DNA from: Podarcis vaucheri
Taxonomy: Eukaryota
Strand: one strand, 5' to 3'
NCBI GenBank assembly: GCA_965113315.1
Contig: OZ220377.1
Length of the DNA: 64,000 bases
Positions 41,529 through 54,632 of the stretch are shown piece by piece (the stretch's first letter is position 1; each line of letters opens with the position of its first letter). Both the position numbers and the translations under genes were made by a program. The notes beneath the pieces were generated by a model. The model had not been told where the DNA came from, searched no databases, and saw only the letters and a program-made list of their open reading frames with translations.

Positions 41529-44500
41529 CTGTAGTTGGTTAAGGGTGCTGAGATTGGGAGCTCTGTGACAAACTAACTACAGTTCCCAGGATTCCGTAGG
41601 GGAAGCTGTGACTGTTAAAGTGATATAAGAGTGTTTTAAATATACAGAGTTGTACGCAGCAAAATTTTATGCAGTGTAGAGTCATTGAAATTAATGGACC
41701 CGGGTGATATCACTGGGGCTTGGCCCTACAACATCACCAGCAGGGCTTGCCCCTATGTCTCAGGTTTGTGCCCTAAAATCTTAAGCTCTGGGATGCTCTT
41801 TACCTAGCAACCCTACTCATTAAATAATATGAGATAGCATTAATCTGGTTTCTATTAATATTGGGTCTGATGTAATGTTAACACTGGGAATCTTTTAAAG
41901 CACTTTGTGGTTTTGCTTCATTTTCCTCTCTTTTTTCCTATAATGCTTTCGTAAACTCCATTATGCAGCTACCCCTTTTTCCCCACCTGTACACAGTGTT
42001 TTTGACTATTCTGGATGTGTCTTAGAGTCTAGAGTTAAAATTCCTTCTCCTTTTCGCAGTGCATATTCATTTGGTCAAGAACGCAGAAGGCTGCTGGGTA
42101 CAATTCTACACGTCCTCCCCCCCCCCGCTGCATTGATGCCACATAGGTGGTGGCAAACGCAGCATGCATTTCAGGCACGCAACTCCCACCCTGCAACCCC
42201 AAAGAATCCTGGGAATTGCCATTCGCTAAGGATTCTGGGAACTGCAACTCTAGAGGGGAAAAACTGCAAATCCCAGGATGCTTTGAGGAAAGTCATGTGC
42301 TTTGAATGTGGGTGGCAGTCTTGTTATTTGGCAACGTTCTATTTTCTGCTTGTATCATTTATCTACTTCAGTAGAGGAACTCATTCCGTTATTGATTTAA
42401 TCTTGCACTGGTTGATGCAAACTTCCAAAATATTAGCAGAAATTTATTTTGTGAGGTGGGGAGGCCTAGCCCAAAGGCAGAGGAGGTGTTTGGCATACAG
42501 AAGGGCCCAGGATCAATCCCTAGCATCTCTCGTATTAAAGCGGGCCTGAGGAAGCTTTGGTCTTCCAGATGTTGCTGAACTACAACTCCCATCATCCCCC
42601 AGCCACTGGATATGCTTGCTGGGCCTGGTGGCAGCTGTCATTCAACAACGTCTGGGGAGCAAAGGTTCCCCACACCTGTGTTGAAAGGATTCAGTAATCA
42701 ACTGTGAGGAGCCTTTGGCCCTTCTCCTGTTGGCAGACTCCAGCTCCCATCAACCACACCAGGATGACCATGGAAGATAGGACTTGTAGTTCAGCAGTGT
42801 TTGGAGGGCCACAGATTCCTCACACCTGATGTAGAAGGCGATGGCAAAGACTCCTCCCTGCTCTAGACTCTTGAGAGCCACCAGCAGAGTTGGCAATGCT
42901 GGACTAGAGAGATAAATAGCCTGACCTGGTAGTACAGGACAGCTCTCTGTGCAGCTGAGAGGCTAGTTCTTTACACGCAGGGAATATTGTTATTTGGAGG
43001 AGGATTCAGCCTCGTGAGCTAAAGTGGCACAGGCCAGACACAGGTTAACTGACAACTCACTGGGCATCATCCAGGTGTGCTCTCCGTGTCGTTGTGCCTG
43101 GTTATCCCATGCTGTGTCCAACTCACTGTTATTTAATATTTAACAATAACATATTAACATTGTTATTAGCAGTAATAGTACACTTTCCAATTCACGGAAT
43201 CATATACCCATTGAATTGCAGAGTTGGAAGGGATCCCAAGGATCATTTAGTCCAACCCCCTGCAATGCAGGAATCATAGCTAAGGAATTCCCGACAGCTG
43301 ACCCCTCAATCCCTGTTTTAAAATCTCCAATGAAGGAGAGTAGAGTCCACCACTTTCCAAGGCAGTTCCTCCCACTGTTGAACGGCGCTTACCGTCAGAA
43401 AGTTCTTCCTAATGTTTTGTCGGAATCTCCTTTCTCACCATTTGAATCCATTGGTTTCCTCCATCATCCATGTGACAGCCCTTCAGATATTTGAAGATAC
43501 CTGATTCAGCTAAAGTATTTTCATTCTTACTGCCTTTGTATCTCACCATTCGTCCAAGGTGCTCAAGCGAGTATACATGTCTCTCCTCCCCATTTTTATT
43601 ATTCTTAATTTTTTTTTATTTACTAAATTTGTATACCACCCTTCACCCGAAGAACACAGGGGGTTCACAATGTAGAAATGCAAAACGAGAACTAAACCAC
43701 CTCAAAACAAGCAGGTAAGGTGGTACGTCTTTCTGATTCAGCTACAGCCAATGTTTTCCAGGCTTTTGGACTTCTGCAAATCCTTTCTGCACCAGCTCAG
43801 TGTCCAAGGATTGTGGGGGGCTTGGCAAGGAACACCTGCTCAGTATTTGTGGCAGGCTGCCCTAACCTTTACCTGCCCCGTCCCCATAAACTGACATATG
43901 TCAGTTTCAAAACAGCAGTCCAACACTCCCCTACAGCCACACAGATTGGTAGGAGTTGCAGGCAAGCTGCCTCCTGGGGGGGATCTATTCGATTATTGAT
44001 CGACCACCGTTACTGAGGAACAGACTTTGCGCAAAGGAAAAAGCCTGTCTGCTGGATGATGCCCAAAGGCCCATGTCGCATCCTCTACACTCACAGTGAC
44101 CAATCAGATGCCTCAACGAGAGACTCGCAAGCAGCACCTGAGCTCAACACCTGAGCTCTTCCCACCTGAGACTGCTTTACCCATTGTGGCTAGTAGCCAC
44201 CTACGGTCCTTGCCTCCAATTGGAGTGTTTAAGTAGCCCAGGGTGTTGTGGACTCAACTTGCCTCATTATCATTTCAGACTCTCCATATCAAACAAAATA
44301 CTTCAAAAATCAATGCTGAGTTTCATATGGAAAGCAGACTCCAGAACGCCTGATTCCCCCCCCCCCTTAAATAAAAAACCTTCATATTTTAGCCTGGTTG
44401 CATAACCCTGAATGATGGTACGTAAGAAGCAACCTTTTGGTGCAACAGTTTGGGTACTCCCCCCCCCTCTATAATTTGCAGGGTCCTCTTTGTATTAGAA

Positions 44501-45479
44501 CTGCTGAGGCCTGTTACACCCCTCATTTAAATTTTTATTTGATTTGTGCCCTTTGGGGGTAAAAGGGAAGGTGAACTACCTTTGATTTTATTGCTTGGAT
44601 GAAACACATTAAAAAGTTCTACCACACACAGACCCCAAATTCTGCAGCCTGAAAAAAATTGAATTCTGAAGCATGTGTTGTGTAAATCTGCATGTAATTG
44701 CATATCACACTTCAAACAGCCTCTCCTCACGTTGGTCAAAAGAATTATTAAAAAACTGAATGCTTTTCCAACCTGTAATTCTCTACCTGAAGTGTGAATG
44801 AAAACCATCTAGGACCCATTTAGCTTCCTAAATGCCACTGCATCCAGGGGTCTCTACAGCATCTCCTCTTCCCATTGAGATGTGCCTTCTTTTGTAGAAG
44901 CATTTAGGAGGGGAAGGGAACCCAACCACAAACTTGCTTTAATATAGTTTATTCTGAATATTTCTATTGCCACAATGAGAACTAGTTTTGCTAACACCAG
45001 GTGCGGTATCAAGCCATCTCACCCTAAGATATCCCAGTCAGAAGAAAAGCACTTTTATCCTTAAATGACTTCTCTGTTGCCTTTCAGGAACAGGTTCTGA
45101 ACTTGTGCAAATGGTCAACAACAGTGCTCCTCCAGAAGCACACAGGGGTTTCAGAAGGCTGAGATCTCCCTCGGGAGACAGTGTTGGGTAGTGGTTAAGA
45201 GTGCTGGAGGCCAGGGCTCAAATCCCTGCCAAGCTGTGAAACTCACTGGGTGACCTTGGGCCACTCGCAACAACCCCCTCAGCCTTACCTGCTCCACACG
45301 GTTGTTGTGAGAATAAAATGGGGAGGGAGAGAACCATTTATACCACCTTGAGTTCCTTGGAGGAAAGGTGGGATGAAACTGAGTTATAAATACCCCGCCC
45401 CTCAAAAGTAACTCAACTTGCACTCTGCATAGAAATTAGACAGTGTTGACCATGTACACACTCTAAGTTAAGAACATAT

Positions 45480-45827
45480 CTCTTAGGTACAGGTAACCAT
45501 TAGGTCCAGTCGTGACCAACTCTGCGGTTGTGGCGCTCATCTCGCTCTATAGGCCGAGGGAGCCGGCGTACAGCTTCCGGGTCATGTGGCCAGCATGACA
45601 AAGCCGCTTCTGGTGAACCAGAGCAGCACACAGAAATGCCGTTTACCTTCCTGCCAGAGTGGTACCTATTTATCTACTTGCACTTTGATGTGCTTTCGAA
45701 CTGCTAGGTTGGCAGGAGCAGGGACCGAGCAACGGGAGCACACCCTGTCGTGGGGATTTGAACTGCTGACCTTCTGATCGCCAGCTCCTAGGCTCTGTGC
45801 TTTAACCCACAGCGCCACCCACGTCCC
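45480..45827 (-). mobile_element. Sauria SINE
   Basis: Reverse-complement match to the 21341 and 28141 copies; flanking direct repeat TTAAGAACAT. Confidence 0.85.
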
Positions 45828-47636
45828 TTAAGAACATCTTTCACCCCCAAATCCTGGGAACACTTAACACTTAACAATCCCTCACACACTTAACTACAGC
45901 TCCCAGGATTCACTTTAAATGCCTGGTGTGTATGCAGTCTACATGTCTGAATATCTATCTCCCCCACAGCCCCCTTTTACCCTTGGAGAGCGCCAGGGTA
46001 AGGTGCAAAACGCATCCCACAATCCCTTGCACTCTAGCCTCTCATCAGCCTCAAGTATTAAAACAAACAAACAGGACACTGTTCTTAAATGTGCCAATTC
46101 CTGCTCTCTTGTGTGTGTTTTGATGTTTTTGAAAAAGAAATGTTTCATTTCAAGCAACTGCACTTAGGAAGGAAACTGGTTTTTTTTTTTGCACTCTATG
46201 AAGTATCAATATATTCCCAAATTAAGACTCATATGCAGGCTGGGACAGTGGGAAACTTCCTTTTCTGGAGAGCGAATTTTCTGTGTGAGCATCACCATTG
46301 AAGCACCTCACTTTAACCCAAGGCAGTTCCTCTTCTGTCCCCCGACATCTTTAGATGGGAGGCACAAGTTATCATCAAATTCAGGAGCTACATCCACCTC
46401 CTGTGGTGTGTGTTTTTTGGGAGGAAGGGGGTGTTAACAAGCTGGCTCTAACAAAACTCTGCATGATACTTTTAGGCATACTTTGGATTATCGCACAGAC
46501 ACCACAAACGTGTTTTTCAGAGACAGTCTGGGTCACCCTTGTTTATTTTTTCACAGCCAAAAGGGAGAAAAAGTTATTGACATGCTTTCCTTCCCGCCAA
46601 ATCCCAGGTTATACAAGCACAGATGAATCCCCATCTCCTTAAGATCTAAGCTCTGGAGTTCCAACTCCTTAGGTGATTTTTGAGGAGTGGGGAGGTCGGA
46701 GTGGTTCCTTCCCCATCTAATTTGTAGACTTCTTAACTGCAAAAGCAACTAGATGTTTCAGCTAAAGCACTTCCAAGGAATGATCTTGCAAAAGAAAAAC
46801 AGAGAAGGGCCCCTGGAGCAACTGGACACCTTTGCTATAGAACTGAAATCATACAATCTGCTTCTCAAAACACAGCTAACGGTTGAGAAGGTGGAGTAAG
46901 GGAGACACAAAACGATCAGGAAAGGGCTTCTGTACATCAGCCACCATGTTGGGCGTTATGTGGAGATTGTGTGTCTCCAAGTAAAAGCAGAGGCAGACTA
47001 CAAGCACAGCCAACACGGAGCCACCGATTTGGAACAGGATCTTCCCACACAAACAAGTGACTGGAAGCGAGGTGGCAAATAAGGCAAGGCTGACTCAAAC
47101 TGGGATGAGGAGAGGCCTGGTCACAGTTTTCTTGCATCATGAAGACACGTGGCTGGGCCACGTGCCCAGCCAATACTCCAGCACAAAAATATGAGGCAGC
47201 TCCCTTTGAAATGGCTTTCTGGGGGTGGGGGTGCAATAATGTATTTCGGACCAGGACAAACCACTTCGAAAATACGGCACTTAAAATTCCATTTTACAGC
47301 TAAATACCAGCTGTCACCCATTTTTACTGTCAAATATTAGGCATGTTTGAGAGACGGTTTTGGATCAAGAAGAAACAAAGACGACCACCTTTCTTTTCCC
47401 TTTTACAGCCAAGGCAACTTAAAAAGGAGAACAATGCACTCTTTGGGGACAGAAAAGCTGGCTGGAATTATTATTTTTTTAAAGAAACAAAACAAAACAC
47501 TGAGTACCTCATTTGAAGCCAGATTCTGACCCTTAATTGCCACCTTTTTGGGGTCTGCTTACAGCCAGCTTCTGAACCTTTCAAAAGGAATTTAAAAAAC
47601 AAAGGATTTCTTTAATGGAATTTTAGAGATTCTCTT

Positions 47637-47642
47637 TTTATT
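47637..47642 (-). terminator. Candidate proximal DYNLL2 poly(A) signal (another candidate at 44534-44539)
   Basis: AATAAA on the minus strand about 350 nt after the stop, in a U-rich 3' UTR-like tract. Confidence 0.4.
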
Positions 47643-47994
47643 TCATTTCTCCTTCCCGCTTAAAGGCCATTTGTTGAAGCATTTTTAATTTTTTTTTTTT
47701 TTTACAGTTCTCCTAGTGCAAAAGAAAATGAAAAAGAAAAAGAGCAGAAACCGAAAACAAGGAACATGAAAAAGATGCTGCTGCCTTCCTTCTCCCAGGC
47801 AACCAAAAACAAAACGAACAGAATTTTAGGTGGTGTTTTTACTGCAACATATACACATTAAATATAGTTTACAGTCCATGCAGCGGCGCAACCATGGTTG
47901 AAGGGTTCCTGGGCCCCCGCCTTCAGTGCACTACAGTCCATGTTCCTCGCCCGCCGTCATCGCGACCCCCCCTCCACTGCCGCCTGCCTGCCTC

Positions 47995-48216
<222 letters not shown>

Positions 48217-50170
48217 TCAAAAGGAGGCAGATCTGTGCCCCAAGGAGATTACAATCTGAACATCTGATACAGGAATCGGGAAGTGTGTTTCGGAGTCCAG
48301 AGGCCCTCAGCCAGTGCCTGTCTTGGCCAAGCCCTGGCGCTAGGCCCATCCTCACACACCCTTGCTCCTGGACAACCCCTGCATTGTTTCCTTCAGCTGT
48401 GGGGGGAGAAGGTGGTAGTTTCTGCAGTAGGATCAATATAGTTCTGGAGTCTAACCCACCCGGAGACCAGCTTGAGACATCATGATAGCCCTAACAGCTA
48501 CATTGAAGTGGTGGCTCCCATAATGCTTTGCAGCGTTGCGCAGAACAGTTAGGCAACTCATCCCCAAGCGGCACATGGCTTTGTCAGTCAGTATCTTCTA
48601 AAAATATAGCACCAGCCACAGAAGGTCACAGGTTCAATCCCCAAGTAGGGTTGGGGTAGATTCCCTGTACAAAACCCCACTACCAGTCAGTGTAGACAGT
48701 ACTGAGTTAGATGGACCAATGGGTCAGTATAAGGTCGCTTCCAATCAGGGCTGAAAGCCATGGGGGCAGGACCTTGGAGACCAGGGTTCAAATCCCCACT
48801 CAGCCATGAAGCACATTGGGTGACCTTGGGCCAGTCACTGACTCTCAGCCTAACCTGACTCACAAGGGCTGTTGTGGGGATTATACGAGGAAGGTGAAAA
48901 CCACGTACGCTACCTGGAGTTCCTTGGAGAAATAGGTGGGATATAAATGCGATAAACAAAGCCTTTTGGTTATAATTAATTTCATAGAATTGCAGAGTTA
49001 GAAGGGACCGCAAGGGTCATCTAGTTCAACCCCCTGCGATGCAAGAATATTGAGTGCAGAGGGTAGCAGTAACTCTTCCAAAAATCTGATTCCCAAAAAC
49101 TGGCATTGAGAGGCCTCCTTCCTCTGACAGTGGAGAGATACTATCTAGACCAGAACATTTATATCAAGGCAGAAGCAGTGAAAAGTGTCACAGGCCTCCT
49201 GAATGGCCTTTTTTAAAGGCAGGTTTCCCCCTGCTCACGGGAGACATTGCAATGTCATTTTATTATTTACCATTTTACTGTATTTTCTTATTCATGGATT
49301 TTGTTTCCATTGGTTTCTGTGTATTTCTGGCTAGTGGTGGGGCAGGGAGATGAACTTACTGGTGTTTTATGTGAATTGCCGACCGATTCTGCATATTAAG
49401 CCGTATATAAATATTATTAATACTGTACGCTGAAATAAAAAGGCAGCCATGACTTTTGCCACACCCTTGCCTGGCTGTTCTGTGACAGGCAGACAGCCAA
49501 GCCAGCCACATGGAGTCCATTAGCACATGTACCCAGTCAAGGGCTTTATTTTAAAGAGGTCTTGCAAGCTCTTAGTCTCTGGGTCCTGGGTTCGAGTCCC
49601 ACATTGGGCAAACGGTTCCTGCATTGCAGGGGGTTAGACTAGATGACCCTCGTGGTCCCTTCAAACTCTATAATTCTATGATTCTAAGATGTGTTGGACA
49701 TTGTTTCCCAGCAGGGAGGTAGCCAAGAAATAAAGGGGGGGGGTGTTACTGGTTTGTTTCCGTTCTTATTTTTATTATGTATTTTGTGTTTTTTATATTG
49801 CAATTTTATGTTGTGAACCGCCCTGAGATCTACAGGTAAAGGGCAGCCTACAAATTTAATTAAGTAATTGTAATAATAAATAATTTGGAAGCAAATGAAA
49901 ATGGGATTATACAAATCCATCAAGGATAGCAGCCGACAGTCGTGCTTTATCAATTCAATTCCTTCCAAAACACGCAGGGTAACAGTTGGTAACACACAAT
50001 AAGCTTTAAGTACTCACTATGTTTTGTCTTATTCTTACTGGATCAGATTGTTACTATTAATGTTTGATGTTTTATTATTTTTATATGTGTTGGAAGCTGC
50101 CCAGAGAGGCTGAGCCAACCCAGCCAGATGGGCAGGGTATAAATTAAAAAAACAGTATGATTTATTTTTA

Positions 50171-50411
50171 CAGTGGTACCTTGGTTCAAGAACAGCCCTG
50201 TTTACAAACTATTTGGTTTACGGACTCCGCAAAACCGGAAGTAATGTCTTGGTTTACGAACTTTACCTCGGTCTAAGAACGGAAGCAGAATGGTGGAAGG
50301 GCACCGGCGGCAGGAGACCTCATTAGGGAAAGCGCGCCTTGGTTTAAGAACGGTTTCAGTTTAAGAACGGACTTCTGGAACGGATTAAGTTCGTAAACTG
50401 AGGTACCACTG
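50171..50411. mobile_element. Tc1/mariner MITE
   Basis: TA-CAGTGGTACCT...AGGTACCACTG-TA. Confidence 0.87.
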
Positions 50412-50740
50412 TATTTATTATTCTACTGCATTTGCATCCTACCTTCGCTTCAAAGAGCTCAAGGAGGCAGATGTTTCTCCCCCTCCTCATTCAATCCCCA
50501 CAACAGCCAATTGATGGAGGTTCGGTTGAGAGAGGCAGTAACTAGCGCAGTAAGCTTCAAGACCAAGTGGGGATCCGAACCTACATTGCACTGGTTCAGA
50601 ACTTGCCAGCTGCCAAGAAAGGGGCTGGCTAAGAAGAACAGGAATGGAGGGCAGGTGAGCACATGCCCCAGTCACTTCCTCAGAGATTCTGTCTTGCCAT
50701 GGCAGAATGCGACTGATGAAACCCTGAGATGACCCAATCC

Positions 50741-51232
50741 ATAATAAATAATAATAATAATTTTTTTTATTTATATCCCGCCCTCCCCAGCCGAAGCCGG
50801 GCTCAGAGCGGCTAACAACAATAAAATAATACAACATTCTAAAATCATTTCATTATAAAATTAATTCAAATCAAATTGATGGCAACCATTGGGCTAGAGT
50901 TCTGTGAAGATTGCCAAAGGAGGGAGTCAGGCTGTGCCTTGGCCAAAGGCCTGGTGGAACAGCTCTGTCTTGCAGTCCCTGCCGAAATATGTCAAGTCCC
51001 ACAGGGCCCTAGTCTCTTGTGGCAGAGCGTTCCACCAGATCGGAGCCACAGCCAAAAAGGCCCTGGCTCTGGTTGAGGCCAGCCTAACCTCTCTGTGGCC
51101 CGGGACCTCCAAGGTGTTTTTGTCTGAAGACCGTAAGGTCCTCTGTGGGACATGCCAGGAGTGGCGGTCCCGTAGGTATGAGGGTCCTAGGCCGCATAGG
51201 GCTTTAAAGGTTAAAACCAGCACCTTAAACCT
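50741..51232 (-). mobile_element. 5'-truncated L2 LINE (ORF2 C-terminus, 3' UTR and (TTA)n tail) in DYNLL2 intron 2
   Basis: [23 protein letters not shown]...[15 protein letters not shown]...KTELFHQAF is typical of the L2-clade ORF2 end; frame uninterrupted. Confidence 0.88.
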
Positions 51233-51280
51233 TAAACCAAGGCTCTTTTTCCTCTCTCCCAAGTGCGGGCGCCACAATAC

Positions 51281-51412
51281 CTTTTTGATGTATGCCGCTA
51301 TGTCCTTTTCTATGTTGTACTTCTCCATGGCCTGAGTGGCGCAATCGACAGCATCTTGCTGCATGTCCTCGGACATGTCCGCATTCTTGATCACTGCCTT
51401 TCTGTCAGACAT
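51281..51412 (-). CDS. DYNLL2: DYNLL2 first coding exon (exon 2; acceptor at 51419)
   Basis: [44 protein letters not shown] is LC8 with the DYNLL2-type residues (S2, D16, D23, M29, Y41); donor AAG|GTATTG. Confidence 0.97.
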
Positions 51413-54278
51413 GATGGACCTGCCGGGAGGAAGCCAGAGAGGAGGATCAAGTCACTCTGCAGACCACCACAGGTCTGCCACGGCGCCATCCCTTGGAATG
51501 GCGGCTTGCAAGGAGGCAGGGCTGGGTTGAGGGGCAGACTGAAGCTGTGCTGCGTCCAGTCCAATGGATGAGCCGCCACGGCTGCTTCTCTACCAGCTTT
51601 CAAAACAGGTTCACACATGGGGCTAGTCCACAAGAAAAGCACACCTTGCACTGTAGAAGCTGTGGGATGGTTTGTTTGCTTGACCAGCAGCCGTTTATTC
51701 TGACACCCTCCCTCCATCTATTTCAGTCCAACCTGATTGAGAAAAATGCGAGTTTTTAAGCAAGTGGTCCTCCCTTTGTGACTGGGGAAGGGGGCAGTTT
51801 GCTGTGTCGCATTTTGTGCAGGCCTGGGCTTCCATGCAAATGTACTCTCAACGCAAGGACTGAACACTGCAAACATACCTCCACAGCTCTCACTTTCACT
51901 GACGTTGGTATATGCTAGAGTTCTTGGAGAAATCCTCTGTCGTTCACTCTAAAGCAAGGATAGAGTACCTGGTGTTGCTAAGACTACAACTCCCATCAGC
52001 CCCAACTAGCATGGCCAGTGGTCAGGGATGGCCAGAGTTGTAGTCCCCCAATAACTGGAGGGCTGCAGGCACCTTAACTCCTGATCTGATTAAGTCAGGC
52101 TGTTGCTTGCAAAACCACTATTTCTACCTAGCCAGCAAACCTACAACAACAGAGTCAGACCTGTACCACCTTATGCTGAACCCACATGCTCTGTAATTGC
52201 CAGACCAGCAAGATTTCAGGCCAAGAAGGTCTCAGGTCCAATCCCTGGCCTCTCCAGGTGGGACTTGGAAAGCTTTCCTGCCCTATACCCTGGAGAGTTG
52301 CTGCCAGTCAGTTTTGACCAGGCATCCCCAAACTCAGCCCTCCGGATGTTTTTGGACTACAACTCCCATCATCCCTAGCTAACAGGACCAGTGGCCAGGG
52401 ATGATGGGAATTGTAGGATAGGATAGGGTCTCAGAATCGGGCCCAGTGCAACTGGTCAGCAGATGTCAAGTTGTAAAGCTGTTTCAGGTGGCAAGGAAGG
52501 GCTACAATAAGCTGTTCCCTCTTATCAGACACTTCTAGAGAGCTAGGCCCCAATGGGACTGTACATTTAAAGCAGTGCATTTAAACCACCTTAAACAGTC
52601 GTGGCTCCCCCCCCCAAATCCCTATTCCCCTCCCAGAGTAGAATTCCCAGAATCCCTTGGGAAGAATGACTGGGAACTGCAGCCCTGTGAGGGAGACTCT
52701 TCACAACTCCCGGGACCCTTAAAGCAACAATTCCCAGGATTCTTTGGGGGAAGCTTCAACTGTTTAAAGTGGTATGATACTGCTTTAAATGTATAGCACA
52801 GACCGGACTTTAGTGCAATCAAAACCTGGCTTTACTGGGTAGGAGGAAAAGGAAAACCAGAAGAGAACAGTCCACAGGCAGCCTCAGATGCAACAGTTCA
52901 GCAAACCCCTCTTCTGCATCTTCTCTGAAGCGGACACCACAGCTGAAATCCTTGACGTTTTAATGCAGATTTGCACTGCCACACTGGGCCTCTTTTATAA
53001 ACCTGATGTCCTCTAGATGTCACTGGGACTCCCCAATTCCCACCAGCCAGGTTGGGAGATAGCCTGGGGTGACAGGCAGTATGGTGCAGTGGTTAAAGAG
53101 TGTTCAAACAGAACCTGGGAGACCAGGACGTTCAAATCCTCACCCAGTCAAGCAACTCACTGGGTGACCTTGGGCCAATCAGCCTAAACTACCTCCAAGG
53201 TCATTGAAAGGATAAAATGGGGAGGGGGAGAACCACATACAACTCCTTGAGGGTGAGAGTTTGTGGAACCTGGTGAAGGATCTAACCTCTGCAGGTGGGA
53301 CTACCATATGTTGCCAGTTCCTACCCTCCCTGACCAATTCTGGCCATACTGGTTGGGGATAATTGAGAGGGCCTCAGATTCCCCATCCTGGCCTCCTTCA
53401 AGCAGGCAGATTCAACCCCTTTCTTACCTACCAGCATACAGTTAAAACTGAATGTGTGAACACCATTTATATATCCAAAACGTGTAACTGGGACAAAAAT
53501 CTCTACTTGGAAGGCTCTTTGAAAGAGTAAGAGGGATCAGCAGGCACCAAAGATAACAACAGAGATTGCGCCCGTCTGATACACAGCAAGATGGAATCCC
53601 TAAGGGAACTCCATCCTAAAGGTCCAATTCCTGCTCTGTGCAGAACAGACCTCCTTTTCAAACAGTCTCTGCAAGAGACTCTCCTTCAGAACACAGTGAT
53701 CAGCTAAGTATACAAGGGGTGAGACAGTTTTTAAGGCATCCTGATCCCAAGGCCTATAGGGCTGTGTGCATATAGAGCACCTTGAACTCTGCTTGGTACT
53801 GTTCTGAAGACAACAAATCAGAACAATGCCATCTCTTCCCTTCATCTCTCTCTCTCATATCAAAAACCCCCTCCTCCATTACTCCACTATCACTGAGCTG
53901 TGAGTACATGTAACTGAAATGAATATAGACTTTTCCATTTTTGGCTCTCACCTCCATTTCCATCTCTTATGGGTAATGCTAGATTTGTAAGCTCCTCAAG
54001 GCCACGACTGCCCACCCATCTCATGAGTTAAATCCCGCATTGGCTGCACACTCAGCAGGCAACAGGCATGGGCAGACAAAGCAAACAGGATTTAACTTCC
54101 TGCTCACCAGCAGATGCCCAGGGAGTTAAATCCTGCTCAGTTCTTCAGGATTCCATGCCAACTTCTTCCCGGTTCAAGGAGTGTGCATGGAACCCCCTGC
54201 TAAAATGAAGGGACCTCTGGTTCTAGCAGCTCCTTGCAAGGTGCTTTGAAACCAACCCCAGCTTCAAAGAACCTTGTA

Positions 54279-54632
54279 GAGTGGTGCCCCGCAAGACGAA
54301 TGCCTCGCAAGACGAAAAACTCGCTAGACAAAAGGGTTTTGCGTTTTTTGAGCTGCTTCGCAAGACGAATTTCCCTATGGGCTTGCTTCGCAAGACGAAA
54401 ACGTCTTGCAAGTTTGTTTCCTTTTTCTTAACACCCTTAATACAGTTGCGACTTGACTTCGAGGAGCAACTCATAGAACGCGGTGTGGTAGCCTTTTTTG
54501 AGGTTTTTGAAGACTTTGGTGATTTTTGAAGCTTTTCCAAAACTTTCCCGACACCGTGCTTCGCAAGACGAAAAATTCACTAGACGAAAAAACTCGCGGA
54601 ACGAATTAATTTCGTCTTGCGAGGCACCACTG
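54279..54632. mobile_element. Tc1/mariner MITE, same termini as 24977
   Basis: Same TIRs (left terminal C changed to G); TA TSD. Confidence 0.88.

Noticed and set aside
50927-51412. 161-aa ORF as the true DYNLL2 product
   Set aside because: Canonical exon 3 is intact at 47995-48132 and gives the normal 89-aa protein; read-through is at most a minor isoform
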